Part shown: positions 29,915 through 41,114 of the stretch, one piece after another
Numbering within the stretch: the first letter of the stretch is position 1
How the letters are laid out: the number at the start of each line of letters is the position of its first letter
Source: a virus
Lineage: Duplodnaviria; Caudoviricetes
Direction: 5' to 3' (one strand)
DNA: 64,000 bases
Virus record (IMG/VR): IMGVR_UViG_3300017912_003441
Span: 1 to 64,000 of that record
Position numbers and translations under genes: made by a program
The notes under the pieces: generated by a model
The model's database searches: none
The model's input: only the letters and a program-made list of their open reading frames with translations
Told to the model about the DNA's origin: nothing

Positions 29915-31017
29915 AAAAATTATTTAAATTTGTAAGAGATCAACAAGCAAGTATCAATTGCGGAGACAATGCAGTTGAAAAGGTTGTTGGTACGGTCCAA
30001 GCTGGCTTACAATCTACTGTTAACTCAAAGAGCGATAGATTAGTACCGGATGGTAACTCATTAATTGATGTTGTAAAAGATTTTAAATGGACAAAAACTA
30101 AACGCAATACTGTTGGTCGTGAAGGAACACCAACAATTGAACTACAGGAATTTTATGTCCCATTACCAGCTTTTTATAGCAACTTAAATACTATAAAACA
30201 ATTAGCTACCACTGCAGGTAAAGGCCTTGGCGGTATTATGGATCAAATAACTAAGATAGCAGGTGAAGGCCAATCACAAGCTTCTGCGATTAAAAAGACT
30301 GCTTCTGAAGTTAACGCTAATGTAGAAAATATACTTAAAGGTGCTCGAAAAAGATTCGGAGCAGAAGAACTAACCCTCCCTAATTACCTTAAAGCATACG
30401 AAAATTTATATGGTATAAAAAGATCAAACTTTACATATAAGTTACCTTATTTAGAAGATACTTATAAAGATGTTACAACTGAGTGGACTGACGCAGGTGG
30501 TTTGAGCGATACGATAAATACAGGTGCAGAAAATCTGACAAGTTTAATTGGTACTTTAGCTGCACCAGCTGTAGGTATAGATTTTACTAAATCTTTTAAC
30601 TATGGCGGTAATGCTCCTCAGCATGATATAAGTTTTTTCTTAGATAACACTAAAGATGAAACTTACGGAAAAAATAACTATGAAAGTAACTTCCGACTGA
30701 TATTTTTACTTTTATATCAAAACATGCCAAACAGACTTAATAGATTAGCTCTGCAACCGCCAGTAATTTATAGAGCAAAATTACCAGGTGTTTTTAGTTA
30801 TAGATATAGTTATTTGTCGTCAGTAAAAGTAAAAATGATAGGTATAAGAAAGAAAAAAGTAGTTTCTAAATTTATTGACACTGAAGGTGGGAAGGATATA
30901 GAAACTATTATACCTGAAGGTTATGAAGTAAGTCTCACGTTAAAAAGTCTAGTACCTGAAACTCAAAACTTATTTTTTGACGCAGTAAATAACCCCGTAG
31001 TTGCTACAGAGGAATAA
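29911..31017 (+). CDS. Baseplate tail-tube cap (gp48-like)
   Basis: PPVIY...PG, YLSSVKV, IPEGYEVSLTLKSL; precedes gp53. Confidence 0.55.
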   Translation: MKKLFKFVRDQQASINCGDNAVEKVVGTVQAGLQSTVNSKSDRLVPDGNSLIDVVKDFKWTKTKRNTVGREGTPTIELQEFYVPLPAFYSNLNTIKQLATTAGKGLGGIMDQITKIAGEGQSQASAIKKTASEVNANVENILKGARKRFGAEELTLPNYLKAYENLYGIKRSNFTYKLPYLEDTYKDVTTEWTDAGGLSDTINTGAENLTSLIGTLAAPAVGIDFTKSFNYGGNAPQHDISFFLDNTKDETYGKNNYESNFRLIFLLLYQNMPNRLNRLALQPPVIYRAKLPGVFSYRYSYLSSVKVKMIGIRKKKVVSKFIDTEGGKDIETIIPEGYEVSLTLKSLVPETQNLFFDAVNNPVVATEE

Positions 31018-31019
31018 TT

Positions 31020-31391
31020 ATGATTACAGATTTAGAACAATATCAAAACGACGTAAAAGACTTACCTAACTTACAAGATGTACGATATGAAAATATATTC
31101 AAAGTCGCTAAGTCTGATAAGTTCTTTTTTTACAATATAATTAAAAAAATATCTATACCAGATGAATTACAATCTGATATATATTTTGAACTACGAATTA
31201 ATAGTAGTATGCCATGGACTACTTTAGCTAACAATGTATATGGTACTCAAGATTTATGGTGGTTAATCTGCTTAACAAATAAAATTTATAATCCTGTGAA
31301 CAACCCCGAGCTTGGAGCTGTTTATAAAATTATAAGTCCTGATTTTGTAAATCCAATACTCGCAGAACTAAAAAAATTAACTAATGGCTAA
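31020..31391 (+). CDS. 53: Baseplate wedge protein (gp53-like, LysM-like)
   Basis: LANNVYGTQDLWWLICLTNKIYNP. Confidence 0.8.
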   Translation: MITDLEQYQNDVKDLPNLQDVRYENIFKVAKSDKFFFYNIIKKISIPDELQSDIYFELRINSSMPWTTLANNVYGTQDLWWLICLTNKIYNPVNNPELGAVYKIISPDFVNPILAELKKLTNG

Positions 31392-32880
31392 CGTACCAGA
31401 ATCAAATATTAAAGCAACACCTGAATTACCGCATGTAACTATAAACGCAAACGGTACTGATTATAAAGTGTCTACCTTTCTCACTAACAATAGAGGTGAA
31501 GCTAAGTTTATTGACTCAAACACTTTTAACAGTATAGTATTTGAAAGTAATCATAACACACCATTCCTTTTAGGTAGTTTGTATGTAAATGATATGGAAA
31601 ATGCCGTTACATTAAGTAAAGTCGATCTTGACGATATATACGGTGCAGGTACTTCAGGTTCAATATCTGAGTTTAACACATACGGAGATGGAGACAATTT
31701 TATTAGAGTCAAAATTACTTCTAAAACTTCAGAAGTAGTATCATGTAATTATACTGATGAAGTTATTTTAGATAAAATATTCATTGTAACAGATCAACAA
31801 AACACAGTAAAAGATAATGTCAAACTAGTAGTATATCATTTTACGGATATAGTATTCAGACATTTGAGTAATAAACTCATGCCTTGGAGTACAGATATTT
31901 TGAGAGAGACTTCTGATCAAAAAACACAAACTAAATGGGGTCAATCTAAAGTAAATTCAGGTCGCGCATTAAAGAGTGTGTTACGTAAATTTACAGAGGA
32001 TGATGATATTATAGATGAAGAGAATTGGGATGACGGTATAGGGAAAGTTTACTATACGTTACCTGCAGGAGAACCCGCGATTAAAGCTATACACCAAATA
32101 ATGAAAACATATGTCTCGTCTGATGAAAGTGGCGGTATATTAACTCATTTTAACGGACAATTTCAGCTTCAATCTATAAGAAGTAATATTAATAAAATTT
32201 ATAAAGAGACAAAAACAAAACGTACACCAGTTCAAGGGTTACTTAACTTATCAAATTTAGGTAATAATTTCGCAGGAGGTGTGAAAATACAAACCGATGA
32301 CGGACGACAGTCATATACAAATAAAGAAGCTGGCTCTGTCTTAGGTCGTAATTTTAATTATATACCTGTTAATATTAACAATATACAATTTACTGACATT
32401 CAACCTAGAGCCACATTTGATACTTTAAAGAAAAAAGAAGTTATACAATTTGATATTAAAAGTAAACAATGGGTTTTTCATAGTGATAAAGGTACTATAC
32501 CTGCAGTAGAGAATAAAAGCAGTTTAGATACATTACCTGATGGTAATTCTAATAAAATTAATATTGATGTAAACGAAGAATTTAGTAACGTAAAGGAAAG
32601 ACTTTTTGTTTTAGATGACGAAAATAGTGTAATGCATTATGGTACAATTAAATTACAAAGACAATTACTTGACAGTTTAACTAAAGCTAATTTTAATTGT
32701 GTAGGTAATATTGATATGTCGGCAAATAAGTTTATTTATATGAACATAGATTTAAATAATAAAAACAAATTTGCTGAAAAAATACCAGGCTTTTGGTATA
32801 TAACTACTAACCTAACAACAATAGGATCTGGCCAATTTAGCAGCACTATACAATGTGTTAAATTAGATAAACCGAAATGA
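31384..32880 (+). CDS. Baseplate hub protein (gp27-like)
   Basis: Follows gp53; C-terminal GFWYIT...F...I.CVK. Confidence 0.5.
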   Translation: MANVPESNIKATPELPHVTINANGTDYKVSTFLTNNRGEAKFIDSNTFNSIVFESNHNTPFLLGSLYVNDMENAVTLSKVDLDDIYGAGTSGSISEFNTYGDGDNFIRVKITSKTSEVVSCNYTDEVILDKIFIVTDQQNTVKDNVKLVVYHFTDIVFRHLSNKLMPWSTDILRETSDQKTQTKWGQSKVNSGRALKSVLRKFTEDDDIIDEENWDDGIGKVYYTLPAGEPAIKAIHQIMKTYVSSDESGGILTHFNGQFQLQSIRSNINKIYKETKTKRTPVQGLLNLSNLGNNFAGGVKIQTDDGRQSYTNKEAGSVLGRNFNYIPVNINNIQFTDIQPRATFDTLKKKEVIQFDIKSKQWVFHSDKGTIPAVENKSSLDTLPDGNSNKINIDVNEEFSNVKERLFVLDDENSVMHYGTIKLQRQLLDSLTKANFNCVGNIDMSANKFIYMNIDLNNKNKFAEKIPGFWYITTNLTTIGSGQFSSTIQCVKLDKPK

Positions 32881-33953
32881 GCGCTATACCATCAAAAACA
32901 GGAGTACCAAGAATTGTAGATATAAAGTTAAACAATACTGTTGACTTTCATGTAGCGTATACAAACTTTAACACTGTAATAGAACACTATATTAACTTTG
33001 TCGCTCTATCTAAGTACTATGATAGCTTAAAATATGAAGCCGATCCTATTACAGCTGAAGCTACATTTTGGGAACAATTAGCTAACTCTAATATTAACTT
33101 ACAATCTTTTGCTAAGAATCCTAAAGCAACAAAATATCTTAAACAGTTAGAAATAAATTTAAACCCTGGAGAGTTTTTGAAGACTACTGATGATGGTGAT
33201 GCGATTATATTTGTAAGTACAGATGGTAACTTAATTGCTGAAACAACAGAAGGGAGAGAAATACCTCTTACCGAAGATACTACTCGAGAAGTAAACGAAA
33301 AGATAGCTAATATTTCCTCTGCGTTTGATATAGTAAATGAAGATAAACATGGAGAGTTTATTGCATGGTGGTTAGACAAATATAGAAAGAGCCATCACAA
33401 AGTAAAAGAATTACTAAAAGAGAAAATTAATGTAGAAGATACTTTCCTACAAGAGGTCTCTGAAAGTTGTGGTTTTATTTTCTCCCAATATCAAACACCT
33501 CAAAGTAGATATATGCATTACGGTGATGAAGATTCTGATCCAACACCATTTCCGTTTAACGGTATTATTGATGACAAATTAGAACTTGACACTCGTAAGA
33601 ATATTTTAGGTCTTAGTAGAAGAGCAGAAGCTTTATTTAAACGTAACATGCAACAAGTCATTAGTACAGCTGATATTGGAAGTATGGCTCATAGAGAAAA
33701 TCTCGTTACTGATCACTTCCATTATAGAAGACTCAAACAAAACCAAGATGAGGTAAACGAAGTTATTGCTATTGTACTCGGAGGTTCTTACAAGCTGCTC
33801 ACTTGGCTAACTACAAATAAAGTTAGTAACAAACAAAAGATGGTACCCGGTGTTTTTGATATTGTAGTAGAGAGATCTAAAGAAAGAGTAGACATCTTAA
33901 AGAACAAGGTAGAGACATTACAGCGACCGTTTAGTATAGATATACTTAAGTAA
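32877..33953 (+). CDS. hypothetical (probably structural) protein
   Basis: 358 aa, last gene of tail operon. Confidence 0.7.
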   Translation: MSAIPSKTGVPRIVDIKLNNTVDFHVAYTNFNTVIEHYINFVALSKYYDSLKYEADPITAEATFWEQLANSNINLQSFAKNPKATKYLKQLEINLNPGEFLKTTDDGDAIIFVSTDGNLIAETTEGREIPLTEDTTREVNEKIANISSAFDIVNEDKHGEFIAWWLDKYRKSHHKVKELLKEKINVEDTFLQEVSESCGFIFSQYQTPQSRYMHYGDEDSDPTPFPFNGIIDDKLELDTRKNILGLSRRAEALFKRNMQQVISTADIGSMAHRENLVTDHFHYRRLKQNQDEVNEVIAIVLGGSYKLLTWLTTNKVSNKQKMVPGVFDIVVERSKERVDILKNKVETLQRPFSIDILK

Positions 33954-34419
33954 GCTTTTCCGGTTCTTTTACTTCTGCTTCAACATCTATCGCGTCTTTT
34001 GCGTTCAATAAGTTCGCGATAACTTCCTCTCTACTCATAGTAAGAGCGTGTTTCTGATCTGACTGTTGTAACTCTTTCTTAGATTCAATATCCATCTCTT
34101 TAGCTTTGAGAGTAGTATTAGATTTTTTATCTTGTAATACAATTTTGTTTAGAGTATCGATAGCACCTGTCGAAGCCTTTACAAGTTCAGATAGAGCGGA
34201 CATATTCTCCGCCTCGGGCATATGATGAACTACCTCTTTCATATTATCAATTAACTCTAAGCTATCTTGTATAAGTTTAGCAGAATTCTGTATAACGAAA
34301 TTTTCGATTTCCTCTTTTTCTAGCTCTGGTCGTTCTTGTACAGCTCTAGAAATTTTGTTACTATCCGCAGGGATAGCTTTTAACTGAGAAATTAAATCAT
34401 CCGGATTAATATCATCCAT
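33946..34419 (-). CDS. Probable terminase small subunit (gp16-like)
   Basis: 157 aa helical hairpin pattern (LIQDSLELIDNMKEVV..PEAENMSALSELVK); late promoter 5 nt upstream. Confidence 0.5.
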   Translation of the reverse strand: MDDINPDDLISQLKAIPADSNKISRAVQERPELEKEEIENFVIQNSAKLIQDSLELIDNMKEVVHHMPEAENMSALSELVKASTGAIDTLNKIVLQDKKSNTTLKAKEMDIESKKELQQSDQKHALTMSREEVIANLLNAKDAIDVEAEVKEPEKLT

Positions 34420-34431
34420 AAAAATATTTAC

Positions 34432-34459
34432 TTGAATAACTCTCTATTTACACTATATT
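34432..34459 (+). promoter_or_regulatory. sigma70-like promoter of dut
   Basis: TTGAAT-16 nt-TATATT, 6 nt before ATG. Confidence 0.6.
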
Positions 34460-34465
34460 AGTCGT

Positions 34466-34903
34466 ATGAGTAGCGTAAAAATGGAGTTCGTCAAGACGCA
34501 TAAGGATGCTAAGTTACCTGAGCGTGCACATGCTAGCGATTCTGGTTATGATCTAACTAGTGTAGAAGAAACAACAATCCCTGCTAAAGGATCAGCTGTA
34601 GTACCTGTTGGTTTGACTTTAGGTTATTTGGAACCAGGTTGGTGGTTTAGAATTGAGCCTAGGAGTGGTTTAGGTTTTAAGAAAAGCTTACAGCCTCATT
34701 TAGGTATTATTGATAATGGGTATCGTGGCGATCTCGGAGTTAAGCTTTATAACTTCAGTGGTTCAGACTGGGTTCTACCTGCAGGTAGTAAGATTGCTCA
34801 GTTAGTTTTATATCCTCATATTACTGCTAATGTAAGTTGGGCTGAAGAAGTTACTGAGGCTGATCGTGGAGATGCAGGGTTTGGTTCAACTGATAAAGCA
34901 TAA
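34466..34903 (+). CDS. dut: Trimeric dUTPase
   Basis: SGYDL, PRSGLG, GIIDNGYRG, KIAQL, RGDAGFGST. Confidence 0.96.
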   Translation: MSSVKMEFVKTHKDAKLPERAHASDSGYDLTSVEETTIPAKGSAVVPVGLTLGYLEPGWWFRIEPRSGLGFKKSLQPHLGIIDNGYRGDLGVKLYNFSGSDWVLPAGSKIAQLVLYPHITANVSWAEEVTEADRGDAGFGSTDKA

Positions 34904-35814
34904 TGGAAATATCTGATATTTGGTGCGAGAAGTATAGACCTTCTTGTTTAGATGATGTAGTTCTAAACAAGAACATTATTACCTATTTTAATAAGATAAA
35001 AGAGGAGAAGACTCTCCCTAATATTTTATTTGTAGGACAGCCAGGTATCGGAAAAACTACTTTAGCTAAAGTTATAGTAAATGATATTCTTAAGTGTCAA
35101 TATCTATATATCAATGCATCTGATGAAAACGGTATTGATACTATAAGAACTAAAGTACTTAATTTCGCTCAAACAAAAAGTTTATTTGGCAATATCAAAG
35201 TTATTATTCTAGATGAGTGTGATGGTTTATCTGTTGATGCACAAAAAGCATTACGTAATTCAATTGAAGAATATCACGACTTAACTAGATTTGTATTAAC
35301 CGCTAATTATAAACATAAAATTATACCTGCCCTACAGAGTAGGTGTCAAACTATAGATATTAATTACGATAAGTCTGATTATATTGCTAAGCTTATATCT
35401 ATAGTTAAGTTAGAAGAAATGTCTATAAGCAAAGAGGACTTTATGGACATTGTGAATAGTTGTTATCCTGATTTTCGTAAAGGTATAAACAATATTCAAA
35501 AGTTTCATCTATCTGAAGGAAACCAGCAGAAAGACTTTAATGCTGATAACTTCTTTAAAGAAATAGTATCTAATCTATTACCAAGTAAGCAATATATGAA
35601 GATACGTAAGTACATTATTGAGAACGAAGCATTGTTTAATAATGACTATGATATGTTGTTTAAGAAACTATTTGACTTCTTATATGAATATACGATGGAT
35701 GAAGATAAAAAAAGAGACTGTTTAATTACAGTCTCTAGATATTTTTATCAGAATAGTCAGTGTATAGATCAGGAGATCAACTTCTATTCTTGTATGTTAG
35801 AATTACGCGTTTAA
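34903..35814 (+). CDS. 44: Clamp loader AAA+ subunit (gp44 / RFC-like)
   Basis: WCEKYRP, GQPGIGKTT, INASDE, ILDECD, ALQSRC, YPDFR. Confidence 0.93.
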   Translation: MEISDIWCEKYRPSCLDDVVLNKNIITYFNKIKEEKTLPNILFVGQPGIGKTTLAKVIVNDILKCQYLYINASDENGIDTIRTKVLNFAQTKSLFGNIKVIILDECDGLSVDAQKALRNSIEEYHDLTRFVLTANYKHKIIPALQSRCQTIDINYDKSDYIAKLISIVKLEEMSISKEDFMDIVNSCYPDFRKGINNIQKFHLSEGNQQKDFNADNFFKEIVSNLLPSKQYMKIRKYIIENEALFNNDYDMLFKKLFDFLYEYTMDEDKKRDCLITVSRYFYQNSQCIDQEINFYSCMLELRV

Positions 35815-36300
35815 GTACTTCGCAGTAGTTAACTTATAATCCCCGTCAGGTACATGTGTTGGTTGGCCAACGTCTGCTGCCTTTGCTTCTGCTTCTTCAG
35901 GCTTTAAGGTAACTTTATGATCCGCGTCATTGGTTGGATCTTTCTGTGTACCTCGTGCATCAGCCGAAGAAATAGCAAACTCTAATAATTCTAACGGAAC
36001 TGTTAACTTCTGAGCATAAAAGCCAGGAGAGATTTCTACTGCAATATCAGCGAGTTGTTTTTCACTATCTGTTGTTTCGGTTTCGTATACTGCTTTTTTG
36101 ATAGTAGAAAGCATAAGTGGTTTTCCTTCTTCAGCAACAGTAACAATCTCGTCAACATAAGCTTTACGAGCTTCGTCTAGTCCTGAGTACCAATCAGAAG
36201 ATTTCATATTACTTGCAAACTTGACATAATCTCCAGCAATAGGACCGGATTTGACGAATCTACCAATTTGCGCCTCAAATATAGTATCGAATTTACTCAT
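35803..36300 (-). CDS. hypothetical late protein
   Basis: 165 aa; TAAATA 6 nt upstream. Confidence 0.75.
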   Translation of the reverse strand: MSKFDTIFEAQIGRFVKSGPIAGDYVKFASNMKSSDWYSGLDEARKAYVDEIVTVAEEGKPLMLSTIKKAVYETETTDSEKQLADIAVEISPGFYAQKLTVPLELLEFAISSADARGTQKDPTNDADHKVTLKPEEAEAKAADVGQPTHVPDGDYKLTTAKYLNA

Positions 36301-36346
36301 TTAAATTATTTATTGTTTTTAGCCATTTTAAATTAAATAATTATAG

Positions 36347-36829
36347 ATGGCTCTTAAATTAGATATACTAAAAGATGTAAAGAATAAGAACAGTTTTCGT
36401 TCTTATTCTTATGCAGACTTACATTTAGATATTGATTTGGATGCAAAAACACCTGATACCCCAACAGGAGCAGAAAAAAACAAGCAAGACCTTAAAATTG
36501 ACTATGATGAAAAAGCTATTTACAACTCTATTAGTAATATTTTTAATACAAAAAAAGGTCAAAAAATTCTAAACCCAACTTTTGGTTTAGATCTTGAACA
36601 GTATTTATTTGAAAACGTTTCTAAAGAAAACGGCCAAACTATAGGGCAAACAATATATGAAGAGTTAGCTTTGTATGAGCCTCGTATAGTTGTTAACGAT
36701 GTAAGTGTAGTTGCACGACCAGACAATAATGAATACAAAATTACCATCTCAATAACTATCCCGTCGTTAAATAATAAAAAAGGAACAGCGTCTGGATTAT
36801 TAACAACACAAGGATTTAATTACTCATAA
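36347..36829 (+). CDS. 25: Baseplate wedge protein (gp25-like)
   Basis: AIYNSISNIFNTKKGQKILNPTFG.DL..YLFE, YEPRI. Confidence 0.9.
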   Translation: MALKLDILKDVKNKNSFRSYSYADLHLDIDLDAKTPDTPTGAEKNKQDLKIDYDEKAIYNSISNIFNTKKGQKILNPTFGLDLEQYLFENVSKENGQTIGQTIYEELALYEPRIVVNDVSVVARPDNNEYKITISITIPSLNNKKGTASGLLTTQGFNYS

Positions 36830-36831
36830 TT

Positions 36832-38664
36832 ATGGCAAACTTTACAGAATTTAATCTACCAACAAATGCGTACACTGGGTTTGATGCTCAGAGTCTCAGA
36901 GATCTGATCATTGATAGAATTAATAACGACACGACAATTAATTTTACTGATCAAAACTTTGAGGGTAGTAATATTTCTGCCCTTATAGATATAATTGCGT
37001 ACTCATATCATACATTACTTTTTTACTTAAATCAAACTAGCTCTGAAAGTAATTTTAATGACGCAGAACTATACGAGAATATTAACCGCATTGTTAAGCT
37101 TATTGATTATAAGCCAGTAGGTAAACAAACCGCTGTATTACCGGTAGAAATAAAAGGTACTTCTGATTTGTCTGCTGGTTATTATACTATTCCTAAATTT
37201 TCATTCGCAACAAGTCAAGGTAAAACATTTACTTTCACTAAAGACGTAACATTTGAAAAAACTACTTCTGATACTGAAACAATCTCTGCAATTGGAAGTC
37301 AATTAATGTATGAAGGTACATTACAAGAATATCCTATTATTAACCCTATAGGAGAAAAATTCGAAGTAGTAAACATTTTACCCGGTGGTAATACTACAAT
37401 TGATCATTTTAATATTTACGTATATGTAAAAGAAGTTAATTCTAATAATAAATGGTATGAATGGTCACGAGTTCCTTCTTTGTACTTGTCAAAACCAAAT
37501 GAAAGAAGTTTTGAAATTAGATACAATGAAAATAAAAACTATGAATTAAAGTTCGGCAATAGTGTTAACGGAAAAAAATTAAATCAAGGTGACCAAATCG
37601 CAGTATACTACCTCAAATCTTCTGGTACAGATGGTAAAGTAACAAAGAATACTTTTAATAGTAGCTCGCTAAACATATACAATACTTCACAGTATGATAA
37701 CATTCTTACAGATACCCAAGATACATCTCTGAACTTTTTGACGATTGAGACTGTATTGAACACTACTATAAGTAATACAGAAGATAGTACCGACTTCGGA
37801 GAAGAAGAAAACGCAGATGAAATCAAACAAAATGCGCCAAGATTCTTTAGTTCAGAATATAAACTTACAACAAAGGATGATTACAAAAGCTTTGTAGAAC
37901 GTAATTATAAGAACCTTGTTTATGACGTTACAGTACAAAACAATAGTGACTATACTAATGATTATTTAAAATATCTAAATGATGAACTTGGTTTAACAGA
38001 TTATAGTCTCGAAACCAACGCATTATTTAATCAATATTATTTTGCTGATAGTTCAGATGCAAATAATATATACTTAACTATTGTACCTAATTTAAGAAAA
38101 AATAAATCTGTAATTACTAGATCAAATTATCTCTCTAATGCTCTTAAAGAAAAAATTCGAAGCGAAATCGCGGATTACAAATTATTAAATAGTGAAATTG
38201 CTTTTATTGATCCCGTTTATTTAAATTTAGATTTATCATTACGATTTTCAGGTGAAGTGAACAGACTTAGATATAAAGATAGTACTCAATTAGTTATAAC
38301 TAAACAAGCTCGTGCTTTAATAAATGAAGACGATTTAAAAAGTAAAGTGTATAATATTATTACTACATACATTAATAATCTAAAACTAGGAGATACTATT
38401 GACGTAAGATATCTCAATAATGAGATTGAAAAAATTCAAGGCATAGAAAGTATAGAAACATTACGTACAGATTTAAATCGAAGTACCCCTGGTCTTTCAT
38501 TTTGCGTGTTTAATCCGATTTACAATGGAAAGGATAAAAAAGTATTCGATACTAGATGCAAATTAAAACCATACCAAATACCATACATTGAAAGCCCTGT
38601 TGCTTTTAAAGATAAAATCGTAGTAAAGTCACAAGTCACTAACAAACGGGTTGTTGAATATTAA
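36832..38664 (+). CDS. 6: Baseplate wedge protein (gp6-like)
   Basis: FTDQNFEGSNISALIDIIAY, LKFGN...GKKL, YLKSSG.DG, EIKQNAP, TKDDY. Confidence 0.9.
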   Translation: MANFTEFNLPTNAYTGFDAQSLRDLIIDRINNDTTINFTDQNFEGSNISALIDIIAYSYHTLLFYLNQTSSESNFNDAELYENINRIVKLIDYKPVGKQTAVLPVEIKGTSDLSAGYYTIPKFSFATSQGKTFTFTKDVTFEKTTSDTETISAIGSQLMYEGTLQEYPIINPIGEKFEVVNILPGGNTTIDHFNIYVYVKEVNSNNKWYEWSRVPSLYLSKPNERSFEIRYNENKNYELKFGNSVNGKKLNQGDQIAVYYLKSSGTDGKVTKNTFNSSSLNIYNTSQYDNILTDTQDTSLNFLTIETVLNTTISNTEDSTDFGEEENADEIKQNAPRFFSSEYKLTTKDDYKSFVERNYKNLVYDVTVQNNSDYTNDYLKYLNDELGLTDYSLETNALFNQYYFADSSDANNIYLTIVPNLRKNKSVITRSNYLSNALKEKIRSEIADYKLLNSEIAFIDPVYLNLDLSLRFSGEVNRLRYKDSTQLVITKQARALINEDDLKSKVYNIITTYINNLKLGDTIDVRYLNNEIEKIQGIESIETLRTDLNRSTPGLSFCVFNPIYNGKDKKVFDTRCKLKPYQIPYIESPVAFKDKIVVKSQVTNKRVVEY

Positions 38665-41114
38665 TGAGCGCTGAGGAAAAATGTCCATTAAGTGTACCAG
38701 TACCGATTACTCTATCGGTAAATACATCCGGGTCGATACCTTCTCCTGTGAACAATGTACACAGTTTATCTGCCACTCATAGCGGGTTCACTCGTATAAG
38801 TGAATTTACCTTTACATCTAATCTCACAGGTTCAACTTCGTTTAATGAACTAGTCGATCCGCCGATTTCTACTACTGTTGCAGTTTGGGACTTTGGTGAT
38901 GGTAACACTCTAAGCGCACGAAACACTCCAACTACAACCCATACATACAAAGTCCCGGGTATTTATACTGTAGCAGTTTATTACTATGATATTAACGGAA
39001 CAGCGTACTTTAACACCCTCACTGAAACTGTATCAGTATACAACTATGTAGAAACGAACATACAATTATCGAACACCGAAGTAGATAGTGTTTCTGGTAA
39101 GATGTTCAGAGCTGGTAGTACAGATGACCCTGGACAAAAATTTCCAACTCTTGTAACTGCCTCTTGGCAAGATGTATCAACAACAGACTCTATTACAGGG
39201 ACAGAAGATTTTACTCTTTATGTTACAGCGAGTGGTAGTAAATCAAAACCATACGACACTAAAAACAAGTATGCTCATTTATTACCTTACAATGCTTTTT
39301 ATGATCGCTCAGAAGAAGACAAAAATGTACGCATTGATCATACAGGAGTAAACATAAAAGTAAATAAACGCAATTACGCAATTAACCCAAAAGATAATAC
39401 TATTAAGTTAGTTGCGGATAGTTTTATTCCAGAATTAAGCGCATTAGGCATAAAAACCTACATGCTAGGCGCCACAAATAATCCACAGACCGCTGTTAAC
39501 AGTTATAATACTTCTGTATCTGGTTTAACAGGATCCGAAACATTATCAGGTAAAAGTGTAATATTAAGTTATTATGACGATACCCCAAATATAGATCCCG
39601 GAGTCCAATTAATTGTAAAGCTCGATCTTAGTAAACATCGTCTCAAAAATTTCTATGTAGATAATATAGAAACAGATATTAACGGTAGTGGGCAAAACTT
39701 TCTCGAAACTGGAGGTGGTGCTCTTAAAAACTACGACGGTATATTAGTCAAAGTCACAAAACCGGTACCGGATTTTACCGACTTGTTTTCTTTTACGTCT
39801 ACTGGAATGAAGCAAATGTCAGCGATTAATTATAAAAGACAAGGAGATAAGTTTCAGGTTTTTATAGGGGTACAAGACAAAGACAAAAATATATTAAAAA
39901 ACTACCCGATATTTTTAAGAGACACTACTGGGAATATCGGAACATTGTCTGCTACTGATAATACTTTTTATATTAATTGGGCTAGTGGTGGAGATTTACA
40001 CACTACTAATGTAAGCAGTGTAAGTACTAATAAGTTCCCATATAACAGCACTACAGGTAACACAGAGTTAAGTAGCTTTTTATATCTGAATATCGACCCA
40101 TTAAGCGCTGGAACATGGACATTAAATGTTTCTGCAAACATACAATCTCTAAGCGCTAACACGAGCGCGCTTTCTGGCTTTGGTAATGTTGGCGGAAACG
40201 TCGGGGAAAATACACAACATTATACCGGTTCGTTTACATTTACAGTTTACCCGTCAACTAACGATGTTGAGTTCTATTTACAAAACGAAGATATAGATTA
40301 CTCTCAGGTAATTAAAAGTTATAGATTCCAATCATTCATGCATGAGTATGATAATCTATTTGACGGTGTGTTTACGTCGTTTGTAGGAGAAGCAAGCTCA
40401 AGTCCAACTACATTTGGTAAGACTATTTTCTCTAAAATAGCTAACTTTGTTACTAATCATAACGATATTGATTTATGTAAAATAGATCAAATACAATCCT
40501 TTTATGATTTACTGAATGAAGATGTAGATATCATTTTACCTGAACCTCCCTCTGAACTAAAAAGACTGTATGATACGTTTAGTATAAAAGTATCTAAATT
40601 GTTAGGTAACTATGAACAATTTTCAGAAAGCTTAAACTCGAATTTTTATACTTCTTCTGCAGACGGTGTAAATGTAGATTTTAACAACCCAATTACTGCT
40701 TCTACATATACAGTTACAGCGTATACAAATTTTGTAGCACGACAAAAATTTAATAACGAATTTTTAATAATTAAACCTCAAAAAGTTGCTACTAAAAATG
40801 TTGATGGTACATCTTCAGGGGAATCTACAGAGTACGAACTTTCAGCTTATAACATATATAGTAATTGGGGCTGGCCGCTAGACACTACTGTGTCTGGTGC
40901 AAGTGGGTTGTCTGCAATGTATGATTTTTATCCATATACAGTTACTGATCCGACTTCAGCAATTAAAAATTTACAAGCAAATTTAATTGATTACAACAAC
41001 CCATATACAACAATAACAAGAACAGCTTCATCTTTAAGCGGTGATTGGACTAATGATGATGGTATAATGTATAAGAATTTAGACTATCAAATACGGAAGG
41101 GCCTTAGCATATGA
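38664..41114 (+). CDS. Baseplate/virion protein with PKD domain (gp7 position)
   Basis: WDFGDG...THTYKVPGIYTV PKD motif; follows gp6. Confidence 0.7.
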   Translation: MSAEEKCPLSVPVPITLSVNTSGSIPSPVNNVHSLSATHSGFTRISEFTFTSNLTGSTSFNELVDPPISTTVAVWDFGDGNTLSARNTPTTTHTYKVPGIYTVAVYYYDINGTAYFNTLTETVSVYNYVETNIQLSNTEVDSVSGKMFRAGSTDDPGQKFPTLVTASWQDVSTTDSITGTEDFTLYVTASGSKSKPYDTKNKYAHLLPYNAFYDRSEEDKNVRIDHTGVNIKVNKRNYAINPKDNTIKLVADSFIPELSALGIKTYMLGATNNPQTAVNSYNTSVSGLTGSETLSGKSVILSYYDDTPNIDPGVQLIVKLDLSKHRLKNFYVDNIETDINGSGQNFLETGGGALKNYDGILVKVTKPVPDFTDLFSFTSTGMKQMSAINYKRQGDKFQVFIGVQDKDKNILKNYPIFLRDTTGNIGTLSATDNTFYINWASGGDLHTTNVSSVSTNKFPYNSTTGNTELSSFLYLNIDPLSAGTWTLNVSANIQSLSANTSALSGFGNVGGNVGENTQHYTGSFTFTVYPSTNDVEFYLQNEDIDYSQVIKSYRFQSFMHEYDNLFDGVFTSFVGEASSSPTTFGKTIFSKIANFVTNHNDIDLCKIDQIQSFYDLLNEDVDIILPEPPSELKRLYDTFSIKVSKLLGNYEQFSESLNSNFYTSSADGVNVDFNNPITASTYTVTAYTNFVARQKFNNEFLIIKPQKVATKNVDGTSSGESTEYELSAYNIYSNWGWPLDTTVSGASGLSAMYDFYPYTVTDPTSAIKNLQANLIDYNNPYTTITRTASSLSGDWTNDDGIMYKNLDYQIRKGLSI

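Noticed and set aside
38664-41114. LSA enrichment as a DNA-level tandem repeat
   Set aside because: Copies are irregularly spaced and use different codons (TTATCT, CTAAGC, TTAAGC, TTGTCT, CTTTCA), so any constraint is at the protein level.
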